Positions 42,291-54,902 are shown, counted from the stretch's first letter. The stretch: DNA of 64,000 nt from Macrostomum lignano (GCA_002269645.1 NIVC01000658.1:124001-188000); one strand, 5' to 3'. Numbers and translations: made by a program. Notes: generated from the sequence alone by a model not told the origin.

Positions 42291-43192
42291 ATTTAAAGAC
42301 TAATGAAAGTGTCATTTAAAAAATTAAGAAGCATCATGGTAGAATAAAAGAAGCGTCATGTCAGACATGAAGGTGTCATGTAAAAATTAAATGCAGTTAT
42401 AATGCTGTGCTGGGGAGAAAAACTGAGACGTAAAGGCTCTCAGAGAATAACTGAGATTACGGGGGGTGGTTCTGAGATGTCAAAGCAAGTCAGAAGCTAC
42501 TTCAAAGTTCATGTACTTTACTCAATTTTTTATTGCATTCTTTGTTGGCTCGCCACGGGGGGAGGCGCTGATAGAAGAAGAGTCATGTAAAAAATAAAAG
42601 TAGCACTAAGTATACATAAAAGAAAGGTCATGTCGAAGTTAAAAGATTCATTTGGGAATTGCTACGATGTCAAAGCTTGGTGGAAATCGTTATGGTGCTG
42701 GTGATTCTTAAAGAAGGAATCACTAAAATGCCAAGGCTTAGGGGAGAAGAATTGCTGAGATTTCAAGGCTTTAGGTTGGGTTAAAGTTAGGTTTAGGTCA
42801 GGTGTGGGTTGAGGGTTATATTTTATCGGGTTTCAAGGTTAACAGGGGATTTTTTAGATTTCAAGGTTTATGGGGGCCATCGCTGACATGTCAAGGCTTA
42901 CGGGGGGGAATAGCTGAGATGTCAAGGCTCACTGGGGTATAAATGAGATTTCAAGGCTAAAGCCAGAAGCTACATGTAGTTTATTGAAAACTTTTTATTA
43001 CATTATTTGATGCCTCCTCAGGGGAGGGATCGCTGATAAAAAAAGCGTAATGTAAAAAATAAAAGAAGCTTCATGTCGAAGTTAAGAGATTCATTTGGGA
43101 ATCCCTACGATGTCGAGGCTTGCAGGGAATCGCAATAATGCTGTAGTAGTGCTATAATGACTCTTAGAGAGAATTACTGAAATTTCAATGCT

Positions 43193-43290
43193 TTAGGGTT
43201 AGGGTTAGGGTTAGGGTTAGGGTTAGGGTTAGGGCTAGGGTTAGGCTAGGGTTAGAGTTAGGGTTAGGTTTTGATTAGGGTTAGAAGGTT
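43193..43290 (+). repeat. Interstitial (TTAGGG)n telomere-type tract
   Basis: About 12 near-perfect hexamers plus degenerate ones. Confidence 0.85.
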
Positions 43291-45029
43291 GACAGATATT
43301 TTTAGATTTTCAAGGCTTATTGGGGGCATTGCTGAGATGTCAGGGGGGGAGTTGATATGTTAAAGCTTGTGGGGGGAATTACTGACATGTCAAGGCTTAC
43401 AAGGTTTGACAGGAGATTTTTTAAGATTTCAAGGATACATGTAGCATATTAAAAAAACGTGTATTGCATTTCTTTGGCTCCCCAACGGGGGGCGTAGATT
43501 GCTAGTTTGTGGCTAATATTTAAACTGGAACTGCATGCTGAATTAAGTAAATGTATTAAAAGCAGGATCAAATACAAGTAGAGCCTGTGTGTTTGATCAA
43601 CTAATGCACCAAGCTATCCCAGAAGTCATAAAAATACATTCAAATATTAATAGACTCTATGGCTAGCCTTAAAGATGAACAAGAGCTTCCTGACTAACTC
43701 CATGAAAAAACTGTTTGAAATATATAGTGACACAATAATTGGGAAAGGGTGTGGGCCTTCTACAATTTATGAAGATCATAAAATAATTTCTGGCACAAGC
43801 TTAGTGCCATAGACAAACAGCCAAAAAGCTTCCTTCGGGGTTTGAGTCGTAGAAAAAAGCAAGCAAAAAGATAAGAAGGAAGCAAAACATATACACTGTA
43901 GTAAAGGTTGATCTAGAAAGCTTGTGTTTTGCAAACGAACGTGTCTGCTAGGGACGTCGCCACGGATTTTATGGTGGGGGTGGGGGGACGAAGCCATGCA
44001 AGAATTCTACATGTACATGACTAAATTCCTACATGTACATTATTTTCAGAATCGGTATTGTCAGCGCTCATTTTGGCGCCGCATGCACTATTTTTTGTCG
44101 CTCTGAAGCAAAATTATCGATTTCTATAACGGGTCACGAGATGGGGTGGGGGGGACAACGCTTATTGACTGGGAATCTAACTGGGACGAAGGACTTCTAA
44201 ACAGTTACATGCAAAAGGTTCCTCAGGTTCCAATTGCGGCTTCAATGATTAACTTCAGTGACTGACATTCAATGTTTCTTTATTACATGAATTAGAATTC
44301 GGATAACTAGCATGACATTTATTTGCGTAGTGGTGTATCCAATTAAGCTTTTCACCAAGGACTACTCAAAAACTTGAGTTGATCAAGTCCTTGCTGTTGA
44401 CGTTGGCGTTGGCGTTCCTTGCTGCTCACATGCTATGTGCTTGCGCTAACGTTTTCAGTTTGTTTTTCTACGAGCCAAAGTACATGAAAACTTCAGCTCT
44501 ATTGGACCATAGACAATTCGTCTTCAAATTGCGTTTCATTTGTTTAGATTTCCTATTGAACTCCTTGGGAAGCGAAAGATCGCTTTCATCGTCCAACATT
44601 ATCTTCTCCAAAGAAGATTTACTTGTATTCGCCAGCCTTGAATCAGGGATGTAATCGCGGGATTAAATAAGGTGATTATCGCGAACCGGTGGCGTGAAAT
44701 CCGTGTGCTTTCTAAGGTTCCGTGGGACAACAAACGAGACGTCTTAGGAGACTTTTTCGCTAGAGCAGCTCAGGGCGGAGCTAGAACTGCTCTCCGGTGA
44801 AGTTCTGGATTGAGAGCATTGTTATGAAGTTTTATACAATGCATAAACTTGACTCTGGTCTCGCTGATTTTATTTCCTTTACTTCAGCATACAGTGGACT
44901 ACGAAACTTCTCAAAATATGAATTCTATTTCAACAAAGATAGACCAAAACAACAAGGAACTGCGAAAAAATCTGCGCATAAAGTAACAAGAACTGATCAT
45001 CCAGGCGTTTAGCAAGGCCTGAACTCTAC

Positions 45030-47223
45030 ATGTACTGCAGCAGTTTGTGTCTAATGACCGGTTCGCCTAGCCGGCTTGCACGGTGTGGGCTAACCGGCGT
45101 TTGCGATTGGCTGGGAGGGGGTTGCCTGACTCCACCCCTGGGGGGTGGGTGTGTGGCTTTGGGGTGGGTGGCGCTGTGCCGCTGTTCTCGCGGTGTAACT
45201 CATGGATTCCGCATTACTAACAAAGCACGCAGTGATCCCCAACCAAACATTGAACTGGAAAACGATTATTCCTTGAAGGCCAACATTAACCAGGCCGATT
45301 TACAGATCCAGAAAGAAGTTCTGCGCGGTCGGTATCGCCGCTGCCCGCCTGGCATCAAGCCACAAATTGTCAGTGCCTTGGGAGCCATTCCTAAGCCTGG
45401 ATCCGCCTCAGTGCGACTCATTCACGATTGCAGCCGGCCCGAGGGACTCGCAGTTAACGACTACTACTCGATGCCTTCAAAGTTCCGTTTGACATCCGCT
45501 ACGAACTTCAGCAGAAGACTGCGTCCCGGCTCTTACATGTGTAAGGTTGACCTTAGCCAAGCCTACCGTTCGCGCGGGATCCACCCTAATGATCAGATGC
45601 TCGCTGGCATCAAGTACTTGCCTCCTGGTAGCCGCAAACCAGTCGGGCTGCGCAGGTTGTACCTCACGGGAGGCCTTTCCTGAGGGACCTCATCGACGCT
45701 GCCGAGTCGCTGAAACGCCTGAGTCATCGAGTCAAGATGAACACTCCACTGCACAGCTGCTTACTCTGGTGAAGCCTTGCGCTGGAAAGGCGTCGATCTA
45801 GACCAATCTGGCAGCCAAACAAGCCCTGCCTCGCTCGCCATCGAGGCAGATGCTTGCGGCCTAGGAGGTACTGCTATTCTCCAAGATGCGAATGGTTGCC
45901 GGGACTGGCTCTACTTCAACTGGTCAGCTGATTCTGAGGCTGAATACGAAAATCTTCCTATTAATTACAAGGAGGCTGTGACCGTCCTTCTCGCGGTCAT
46001 CTGCTGGGGTACCCAGCTTTTTGGCTATCGCATTGGCGTTTTCTGCGACAACGAGGCTGCGTGTGCTATTATTAATAAAGGTTCGTCTAGAGAACCCATC
46101 ATTCTCCGCCTGCTGCAACAAATGGCTTTGCTCTGTGTTCGAAATGATCTCGATCTTAAGGTGCTGCACGTCCCGGGAACTTTTCAGTTGTTGGCCGACC
46201 CGGGTTCCCGGTTGCATAGCCGCAGTCAGCTTGTGAATTTTCTGTGTCGGGTCTATGGGACTCTTGATGTTGAAGCTGAAGAGTTCAGCAGCCACTGCCT
46301 CTGCCCCGCCACCCGTCGCTTTCTCAATATTCAGGTTGCCTCCCTCCTGCGGCCACCAGCCACGTCGGCCCCCAAGCCGTGTCGGGCCGCTAGCAGCTTC
46401 AGGCGGTCACTGTCATCCGCCATCGCCTCATGGCATCCGGTCAACTCTACCGTCGCCACGCTGCTCAACTACCTGGCGGAGCTGTGCTCCAGTCGCCTTC
46501 CGTAGCCCAGTAGTCTTCAAGTGCATCTCAACGTAATCTCTGCTTTCCTAAGATTCGCCAGTGCGGTCGACATCACGAAGCATCACCTGGTGCTCCTCCT
46601 GATTCGCGGCTCCAGGCGCGCCTTCAGCGGCGCCCCACGGCGAGCTCAGGCACTCACCCGACGACCTGCTTCGCATCCGTCGCACCCTTCTCGAAGGCGA
46701 CTCACGAGGCGTTGCATGCTGGGCTGCAATCCTGTGCGGTTAGTGGGCGATGTTGCGCAAATCCAGCCTGTTCCCCGAGTCAGCAGCAGTGCAAGCGCTC
46801 CAGCGAAGGGACCTGAGAGCAGTGTCATCCGGCCTGGCTCTGAGCCTGAGGCACAGCAAAACCAACCAGTTCGGAACCCGGGTGCACCGCGTGCTGCTGC
46901 CGAAACTGTCCGGTGGCCACCCACTCTGCTCGACGGAAGCCATGATGCGACACCTTCGTGTTAATGGCGTCTCGGCTCCGTCCACCCCGCTCTTCTCAGT
47001 GTCAAGCGGCTCAAAGCGGGTCAACCTGTCAGCTTCTAACTTCGTGCGCTACCCCGGAAATTCCCTCCGCTGCGCTGGACTTCAAGGCTCAGGAGTGCTG
47101 TACTCAGCGCACAGCCTGCGGCGGGGCGGCGCTACGTGGTGCCTGCGAGCTGGGCTGGCCGAAGATGAGATCAAGGCTGTCGGTGGCTGGCGCAGCGACG
47201 CGGTTCGGTGCTACCTACTGTAG
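45030..47223 (+). mobile_element. Degenerate DIRS/Ngaro-type tyrosine-recombinase retrotransposon: RT fragment 45030-45683, RNase H 45777-46505 and YR 46750-47223
   Basis: RT: SALGAIPKPGSASVRLIHDCS, MCKVDLSQAYRS. RNase H: IEADACGLG, PINYKEAV, FCDNEAA..IINKGSS, HVPG..QLLAD..SR. YR: LRHSKTNQFG, YSAHSLRRGGATW, GGWRSDAVRCY. The RT YLDD core is missing. Confidence 0.88.
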
Positions 47224-47817
47224 AGAGCGACGTCGAGAGAGAGAGAGATTTATGCGTTGTGTGTAGCCGAAAAAGCCTCAATTCAATATAGGCTCTGTGC
47301 GATCGATTTATATATTTAGCAGCGACCCTGCAGCTGAAAATGCGTACACTAAAAACAGACAGCCAATCATTTTGGATGTACATCGCATATGCACACCAGG
47401 AGTAAAAACAAATATCATGCCAGCCCTAGGCAGCAGGCGCCTACACCTACCTGAGAGTGACTTATCTTTCCGAGCTGCCAAGAAGATGGCTCAGGCGGTT
47501 CAGCGGCTTTGCTAACTGGGCCACTTCGTGGTTTTTTCGCTAATTTTCTTATGCGCCCTCAGCCAATTTTTCTTTCAAAACATTTTCCTTGTCGGTTTGC
47601 TTTGCTTTTACCTTCCTTGCTTGCCTTTGTAATGCTTTATTTCCTTTTCTTAACATTCGTGAACCTTCGTGCTCGGTGTTTTTCACTTCGTTCTCGTTTT
47701 TTGCTGGTCTTTGTGTTTGGCATTGGGCATCGTTTGCGCCACCTGTAGTTTCACCAAGCGGTTTTCGTTGTTGTCTCCCTTCCTGCCATTGAGCTAATCA
47801 GCTAAAATTTACATTGT

Positions 47818-48986
47818 TCAAATCTCAATCATCAGTCGAATCTCTTTCAGCGACATTTCAAATGCAACAGCGTCCCAGTGGACGTAGTCAGTCCCGTTTC
47901 TCTCGCCTCCGCTGTAGTAGATCCCATTTGGATTGCAGGTCTCGCAGTAGTTGAACCACCATCCGGTACCACTTCTTACTTTAGCGCAGCAGTAACCATT
48001 GCAGTTGGCGTCAGTTGTCTGAAACTTCATTCCCCTGTGTGCACTGAGCGAGTCTACAGAAACATTGGAGCTGCTGAGCAGCAGGCTGCCGTACTGCAGG
48101 GCGTAGCCAGTGTCGGGGCCCTCCACCAGGAAGCCGCTGTACTCGCAGTGGTAGCTCATGCCGTTGAACCTGACAGCCTCCATTCGCATGGTTCTGCCCA
48201 CCGGCCGGGTCAGGGCGTGGATCCAGCGCAGGCCTGCGGTGTCAATGGACAGTCGGTCAGTATGAGCTGCAAGGACTCTGACAGTGATTGAGTCTGTGAC
48301 TCAGTGATTTCTGTAGCTTAATGCTCATACCTGTCCAAAAGTTGTCCTCATTTCCGAAGCCGTTCACGTAGTCGGTCCAGCCTCGGACGAAGTCAACGGA
48401 GTCGCTCTTGCGCTGTTGGATGACGAAGAACTTGCGGTGACCGCGGATCGCCAGGCGGTTGTAGTCTGCAATGCATTTGAGATTTTATGTATTCGTTACT
48501 TTAAGTAGAAGGGCAGAGTTCAGACAATGGAACATTCGACAATCCCTCATTCAGTCTGTTCTGACTCAAGTACTCACCGATCCTGAGCATCGCGCACTCT
48601 CCAGCTGACACCGTGAAGCTGAGCGCCTCCGAGTCCATCACCAGCTTGCAGGCTCCGGTGTGAGACAACTTGGCCAGCCTGCAGAGGGGATTCAGCGAGC
48701 ACTGCCGACTACAGACGAAGGCTGCGGAGACGAAAGCAGGCAGCATCGATGAGGCATCGCAGCTGCTCCGGTCGAGAGGGAGGAATCGGCTGCCGCAGTC
48801 TGCAGGGTTCGGAACGTTCAGTTTTGTCTCAAGTGACGCTGCAATGCCCAGCGACTTTTCAACAATGCATGTCCATGTACAACCAGTAAATTTCTTGCAG
48901 TCTAATTTTGCAAGTTATAAATTCTTACCATTAGTCATTGCGCCAACGCTCAGAAGCGTGGAAATGATCAGCAAGTGGTTTGTCAT
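47818..48986 (-). CDS. PAN-FReD copy 3: secreted PAN/apple + fibrinogen C-terminal domain protein, 310 aa; exons 48986-48929, 48901-48578, 48465-48331 and 48233-47818
   Basis: Exons of 58+324+135+416 nt give a 933-nt open frame with all introns GT-AG phase 1. Signal-like MTNHLLIISTLLSVGAMT; same motifs as copy 2. Confidence 0.82.
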
Positions 48987-49269
48987 CAGAAATTAGTTAA
49001 TCGAAATGGTAGGAAACATGAAATCTTGACTACTTTTTCGATAAAGTTTTCATGGAAGCAAGAAAGTTTTGAATTGCAGCATCGCATGGGAGATTTTGTA
49101 GCAGTAATCTTGTATCTGATTGGTTGAATTATGAGCGGTAGTTATTGATTGGCTGCCAAACCATATGGGCGCTTTGAGACCCTGTGCTGGTTTAACGCCT
49201 GGGCTACGCATGTCGTCCGTGAAGCCCATATCGCTTTATACCATGCCATTTCATCACTACCTTAAAGAA

Positions 49270-49970
49270 AATCGACCCGAATGTCTGGTCAGCTTTGATG
49301 TCGAATCTCTGTTCACTAATGTCCCACTTGAATTTGCTATTGACCTGGCCTGTCAATATGTGTATTCTGACCCTAACGTGAATAGACCTCTTTTTGACAA
49401 AGAAATTTTGCGCAAATTATTAAAAATAAACATCAGCTGGCATTTCTATGCATAACAATGAACTTTTTCCGCCAGATTGATGGCTGTTCCATGGGCAGCC
49501 AGCTAGCACCATGTTTAGCCAACCTTTGCCTGGCCGATTGGGAAAAAACTGGCTAATGTCACCTTACGCTCCATCGGAATATCGTCCATATGTTGATGAC
49601 ACCTTCGCTGTGTTCAATGACAATAGCATGCATCTGAAGTTTCTGGGTTTGATCAATTCCACTCATCCCAGCATCTGTTTCACAGCTGAGATCGGTAATA
49701 AAACGTTGAACTTTCTTGATACTGCTATTGTCCACCTTGGAAACTCAATCAGAATCTACTTACACGGGTCTAGTGCTCAATTTTCGAGCCATCTGCCCGA
49801 CTCAATGGAAAACGTGGTTTGATCCGTTGTCTGTTGCACAGAGCTTACCGTGTGTGTAGCAGTTGGTCTTTATTTCGTTCTGAGCTTACCTTATTAATGA
49901 AATATTTTACAGACAACGATTACCCTAGAAAGTTTGTTAAAACCGAGGTCTACAACTTCATCAACCAAAA
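49270..49970 (+). mobile_element. Penelope-like (GIY-YIG class) reverse transcriptase fragment, frameshifted
   Basis: LVSFDVESLFTNVP; RQIDGCSMGS.LAP.LANL; YRPYVDDTFAVF; HPSICFTAE..LNFLD; RAYRVCSSW. Confidence 0.8.
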
Positions 49971-50409
49971 GTTTGACTCTATAGTTGAGTGATCTGCACA
50001 ATCACAGGTGTGACGTTGTCATTGGAGTGTGAGGCCCCGACAAGGGCCGTTTTAACGACAGAAATCATTTTTGTCATTTAGTTAGTCTCGCACTCTAACG
50101 TCTGCTTGTAGTAATGCGCAACGGATATTAACAACATTGCGTAATGTGCATGTAGCCTGTGTACAATGCGATCAATAACTTTCGTTTTTCTGTAAGCTTA
50201 AGTTGTTTTCCGTGCCAGCCAATGAAAAGGCTGTGCATAAATTATGCGTGCCTAAAATTAAGACTCTGCCGCGCGCCCACCCCAGCCCGCTCGTTATCAG
50301 TGCCGTCTGCATGGGCTGGCCTGCCCGGGGTAGACTTTTGTTAGGAGGTTGTTTGTTAGCCCGTTCTCTTAGCCGGCGTTCTCTCTCTCTGCCTGGATCA
50401 CGCCACCGC

Positions 50410-50918
50410 CATTGGCGTAGCCAGGAATTTCCTACGGGGGGATACACCAAGGTGAATTTCCTACGGGGGGATACACCAAGGTGAATTTCCTACGGGGGGA
50501 TACACCAAGGTGAATTTCCTACGGGGGGATACACCAAGGTGAATTTCCTACGGGGGGATACACCAAGGTGAATTTTCTACGGGGGGAGACACCAAGGTGA
50601 ATTTCCTACGGGGGGATACACCAAGGTGAATTTCCTACGGGGGAATACACCAAGGTGAATTTCCTACGGGGGGATACACCAAGGTGAATTTCCTACGGGG
50701 GGATACACCAAGGTGAATTTCCTACGGGGGAATACACCAAGGTGAATTTCCTACGGGGGGATACACCAAGGTGAATTTCCTACGGGGGGATACACCAAGG
50801 TAAAAGTGCTATGACAGTCACATGGTAGCATGTTTAGCAACAAAGGGCAACAAAAAAGTTTTGGTCAGGCTCTTCGGGGGGGATACATCCCCCCTATCCC
50901 CCCCTCCCTACGCCCCTG
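50410..50918. mobile_element. hAT-like MITE with an 8-bp TSD carrying an internal 29-bp tandem array (50426-50800)
   Basis: Ends CATTGGCGTAG...CTACGCCCCTG; GCCACCGC is duplicated at 50402-50409 and 50919-50926; array unit AATTTCCTACGGGGGGATACACCAAGGTG. Confidence 0.78.
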
Positions 50919-51685
50919 GCCACCGCCGCCGTCGATTCCCGGCCACGCCACAGCCACAGCTAGCAATATCCCGCCACTTAATTCATCAATTGTTGCGTAG
51001 CCGCAGTGCCCTTAAGGATTCACTATCGCACTGGTCCCATTATCTTAGCTGCCTTACCACAGACGCATAGCGAGCGAGCAAATCATCGTCCCCAAAATAA
51101 ATAGTATCGTCATCGTGCCATATCGTCTATTCATCGCCAAGTGCTACCGCTACACCGAAACGTTTTACGTCTCGAATCGCCACGACTTTGTTATTTTTCC
51201 GGGGGCACAACCAGTGCTCCAGCCAACAATCGTCACACAGGTTAATTCATGCTCTGCGAGCTTTTCATCACGGTTTGGCCCACTGTCATGTTAAAGACAA
51301 TCGACAGATAGCTATTGCTTCACGATGATAGGTTTTTTGTTTAAGAAGTCTGGATAATTCTTTAATCCACACATAATTTGGAAAACTGTAGGTTTCCTAG
51401 CACTAAAAGGTCCACATCCATTCGTATTTTACCTTTAGGATCCGACGTGTTTTTACTACATCTGACTAGTTGTATTTTTTTCATTTTCTTCATTCCACCC
51501 AAAGACTGTGATCCAAATTTTGTTATCAAAAACTTCTAGCTTTGGGATATGAGCGATTTCTAATCCTCCTTTATCAAATGCCTTTATTTTGGCATTTAGT
51601 TTGATACTAAATGTTTAGTATTTAGTTTTTATTTAGTCAAAGCTTCAGTTTGATAGTTTGGCATTTAGAAAAGATTATCTTTAAT

Positions 51686-51879
51686 GGGCCGTATGCAGAA
51701 AGCTCTGTCTAGGGTAGTCCGGTCTTGAAAAGCTAGTCTGGACTTGAATTTGGTATGCAGAAACACAAAGTTAGACCAGTCTACTATAGACAGAACTAAG
51801 GTAGCTAGACCATAGACTATAGATTGAACTACCCAAGTCCGGACTAGCTAGTCTGGACTAAGCTTTCTGCATACGGCCG
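51686..51879. mobile_element. About 194-bp MITE, TIR GGCCGTATGCAGAAAGC, 3-bp TSD AAT (PHIS/Harbinger-related)
   Basis: TIRs are visible at both ends; AAT at 51683-85 and 51880-82. An inverted sister copy lies at 52622-52814. Confidence 0.85.
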
Positions 51880-52204
51880 AATATAAGGTTCTTTCAGGGT
51901 GAGCGATTGTTTTGCTATTACGAGTATAAACTGCAGACATAACGTCCCATAAAGCACAATATTTATCATTATTTTTGACATTTATACGAGTGCAAGCCTT
52001 TTTGCTAACCAGCTTTGGTTGAAGTTCTAGATAGGATGAGGCTTTTAATGGGTCATATTTCATTACCATGACCATCGCCCTTTGAATCCTATACCGACAA
52101 CCCATCCTGAACCTCTGCTCTTTGTTGATTAAGTTAGTGGCCCGTTTCTCTACTTCTGCCAGCTTATCCAGTTCAGTCATATGATTTAAACGTTTCTGTC
52201 TCAT
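51880..52204 (-). pseudogene. Fragment of the N-terminal region of a Polinton/adintovirus-type protein-primed DNA polymerase B
   Basis: YDPLKASSYLELQPKLVSKKACTRINVKNNDKYCALWDVMSAVY...HPER matches the recalled motif Y.PL.GSSYI.LP..I..KKA.INI.N.D..CF.W....HPER. Confidence 0.65.
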
Positions 52205-52243
52205 TTCAAATATTTTTATTTTTGTTAGAATAATTGTTAAAAA

Positions 52244-53610
52244 ATGAACGATCCTTTGACACCAGTTTTCTACAAGATTAACAAACCAATTTTAAGCGAT
52301 GACAGCACTATCAAAGCGTCACAAGTTAGAGTTCTTAGTCATGAGAACCAGAATGAAACTAATTTAGGTCCAGGTCAAACGCTGACATTCACATACAACG
52401 GTTGCTCGTCATTGGTCAGTGTCCACAGTCTAAGAATTTGATTCTACTCGTACATTACTTTCCAATTCAAGACAAAAGGTGGAGACGATGCTGCTCATGC
52501 CAAAGATGATAAGCACAATGCAAACATGGCACTGATCAGTAACTTCTGGGCGTATATGTTCAAAGAGTTTAGCGTATCGAATGGAAGCACAGAGTTGGAG
52601 AGAATAGCCAACTTTGGCATTGGGCCGTATGCAGAAAGCCTAGTCCAGACTAGCTAGTCCGGACTTGGGTAGTTCAGTCTATAGTCTATGGTCTAGCTAC
52701 CCTAGTTCTGCTATAGTAGACTGGTCTAACTTTGTGTTTCTGCATACCAAATCCAAGTCCAGACTAGCTTTTCAAGACCGGACTACCCTAGACAGAGCTT
52801 TCTGCATACGGCCCATTGTCTATGATACCCAGTGTTTGATTGAGAACCCGGATTTCATCCAGTTGGGGAGCAGAGCTGGCTTTATCCCCAATGAGCGGAA
52901 AGTTGGGATGTGGATGACCCCGGCATGAAGAGAATGGAAAGATACAACTATGCTCTTGCAGGTGCAACCGGTGCTGCTAAGAATCCACTGTTTAGGTCCT
53001 TGGATATTTTTGTACCTTTGAGATTTATGAGTGGTTGCTTTAATAGTTTCAATCGCTTGACAAGCAACTTTAGCTACACCTTTAGATTGACTAGAGATGA
53101 TCAAAATAGAGGAATTTGGACAGGAGGTAACCATACAATGATGGAAGTAAAACTAGCTGGTGTGGAGCTGTATCTTGAAACCATTGAGTCAAAGACTGCA
53201 CTAAAAGCAGAATACTTGAAGGCTATTGAGAAGGATATTAATGTTGCCTATACAGCCTATATGTGTAGAGATGAGCGCAATGACACTAGACACAATATTT
53301 GCATTAAAGAGGGCTCCTGTAGCAATCCAAGGTACATTATTGTCACTATGAGGAGTACGACTAGTGTGGGTTGTACATGGATGTTCGGTCAATTCAACAT
53401 AAGATCAGTGACAGTTTTTACCCTGCATTGCAACAAAATGAAGATTTTTCAGAGAACAAGATTAGTAAATTTTACAATGAATTGGCGGACCTGGCTGTAA
53501 AAGTAAATAATGGCATAGCCATGACAGCATTACAGTATAAAGAGTTGTACCCAATTTTTGGAAATGACAGTCTTGTATTTGGGGACAGACTTGGGAGACA
53601 ACTTGGATGA
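52244..53610 (+). pseudogene. Disrupted major capsid protein gene of a Polinton/adintovirus-like element (MITE insertion plus frameshifts)
   Basis: ALISNFWAYMFKEFSVSNGSTELERIANFGI, DIFVPLRFMSGCF, FRLTRD, EVKLAGVELYLETIE, NPRYIIV and GIAMTALQYKELYPIFG follow the order of motifs I recall from double-jelly-roll Polinton MCPs. Confidence 0.65.
52622..52814. mobile_element. Second copy of the GGCCGTATGCAGAAAGC MITE, inverted, TSD ATT, inserted in the capsid gene
   Basis: ATT at 52619-21 and 52815-17; the sequence is the near reverse complement of 51686-51879. Confidence 0.88.
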
Positions 53611-54359
53611 CACAAACCCCCGCCCAATGGCTTGGAGAGAGAGAGAGATTGTACGGACCCGTCTCTATTATAAAGGCATATGCATTGTAGGCTATTGTGA
53701 TTAAGTGATTTCGAATAAATTATTCAGCATATTCAAACCAGAAAATGTACTTACTTGAATATGAGACAATAGTAGATTCATGTACATATGATTTTGTACA
53801 TAAGAATGCACATATACAATTAGATATGGAGAAGTAGATTAGATAGATTATTAGTATATAATGTTCATATATAAGTAGATAGGGAAAAGTAGACAAAATA
53901 CATATTGAAATTTAGCACGCTTAAGGTAGCGTTTCATATACTTCTTAGTTACTTCTTTTTTGGATAGTAGTATAATTTGAGTTTTTTGCGTCAAATCAGC
54001 CTAAAAACCAGCTTTATCTACATTCTAAGTAGTAACGTTGCCCTGATCTACACTCATTCCCGCATGCATTAAGTTGAATCCGATAGAGACTCTAAAATAA
54101 GTTGCTTCCATTTTCGGATCAAGCTGACATCCAATATTACACCTCTACGTAGGTATGCAGATCATATTTACTTTTTTAAAATGCATGAAGTTAAATCACG
54201 GTACGGTCAAACAAAGTTGCCGACACGCGGGTAGCTTGTGTTGTGCATGCTAATGTCTGTGTCAACAAGTTCACATACATTGAAAGCAAACATTGATGGT
54301 CGAATGCATTAAAACTCTGATATTTTATCGATGCTAGCTATACCGCTCTTTTCTAAATG

Positions 54360-54620
54360 ATACAACCCACCTTCTTCGAATTATTTTTGCTACACACACG
54401 GTAGGCTCTGTGCAACAGACAACGGATCAAACCACGTTTCCATTGAGTCGAGCAGACGGTTTAAAAATAGTTCGAAGATTAGAACCGTACATGTATAAGT
54501 AGGTACTGCTTGAGTCCCCAAGGTGGACAATAGTAAAATCAAGAAAGTTAAAAGTTTTATTACCGATCTCAGCTAAGAAACAGATGCTGGGATGAGTGGA
54601 ATTAATCAAATCCAAAAAAA
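54360..54620 (-). mobile_element. Short Penelope-like RT remnant related to about 49650-49870
   Basis: DLINSTHPSICFLAEIGNKTFNFLD versus GLINSTHPSICFTAEIGNKTLNFLD. Confidence 0.75.
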
Positions 54621-54902
54621 ATTATATGCATTTGATGAAATGGCATGGTATAAAGCGATATGGGCTTCATGGACGACATGCGTAGCCCAGGCGTTAAACC
54701 AGCACATGGTCTCAAAGCGCCCATATGGTTTGGCAGCCAATCAATAACTACCGCTCATAATTCAACCAATCAGATACAAGATTACTGCTACAAAATCTCC
54801 CATGCGATGCTGCAATTCAAAACTTTCTTGCTTCCATGAAAACTTTATCGAAAAAGTAGTCAAGATTTCATGTTTCCTACCATTTCGATTAACTAATTTC
54901 TG

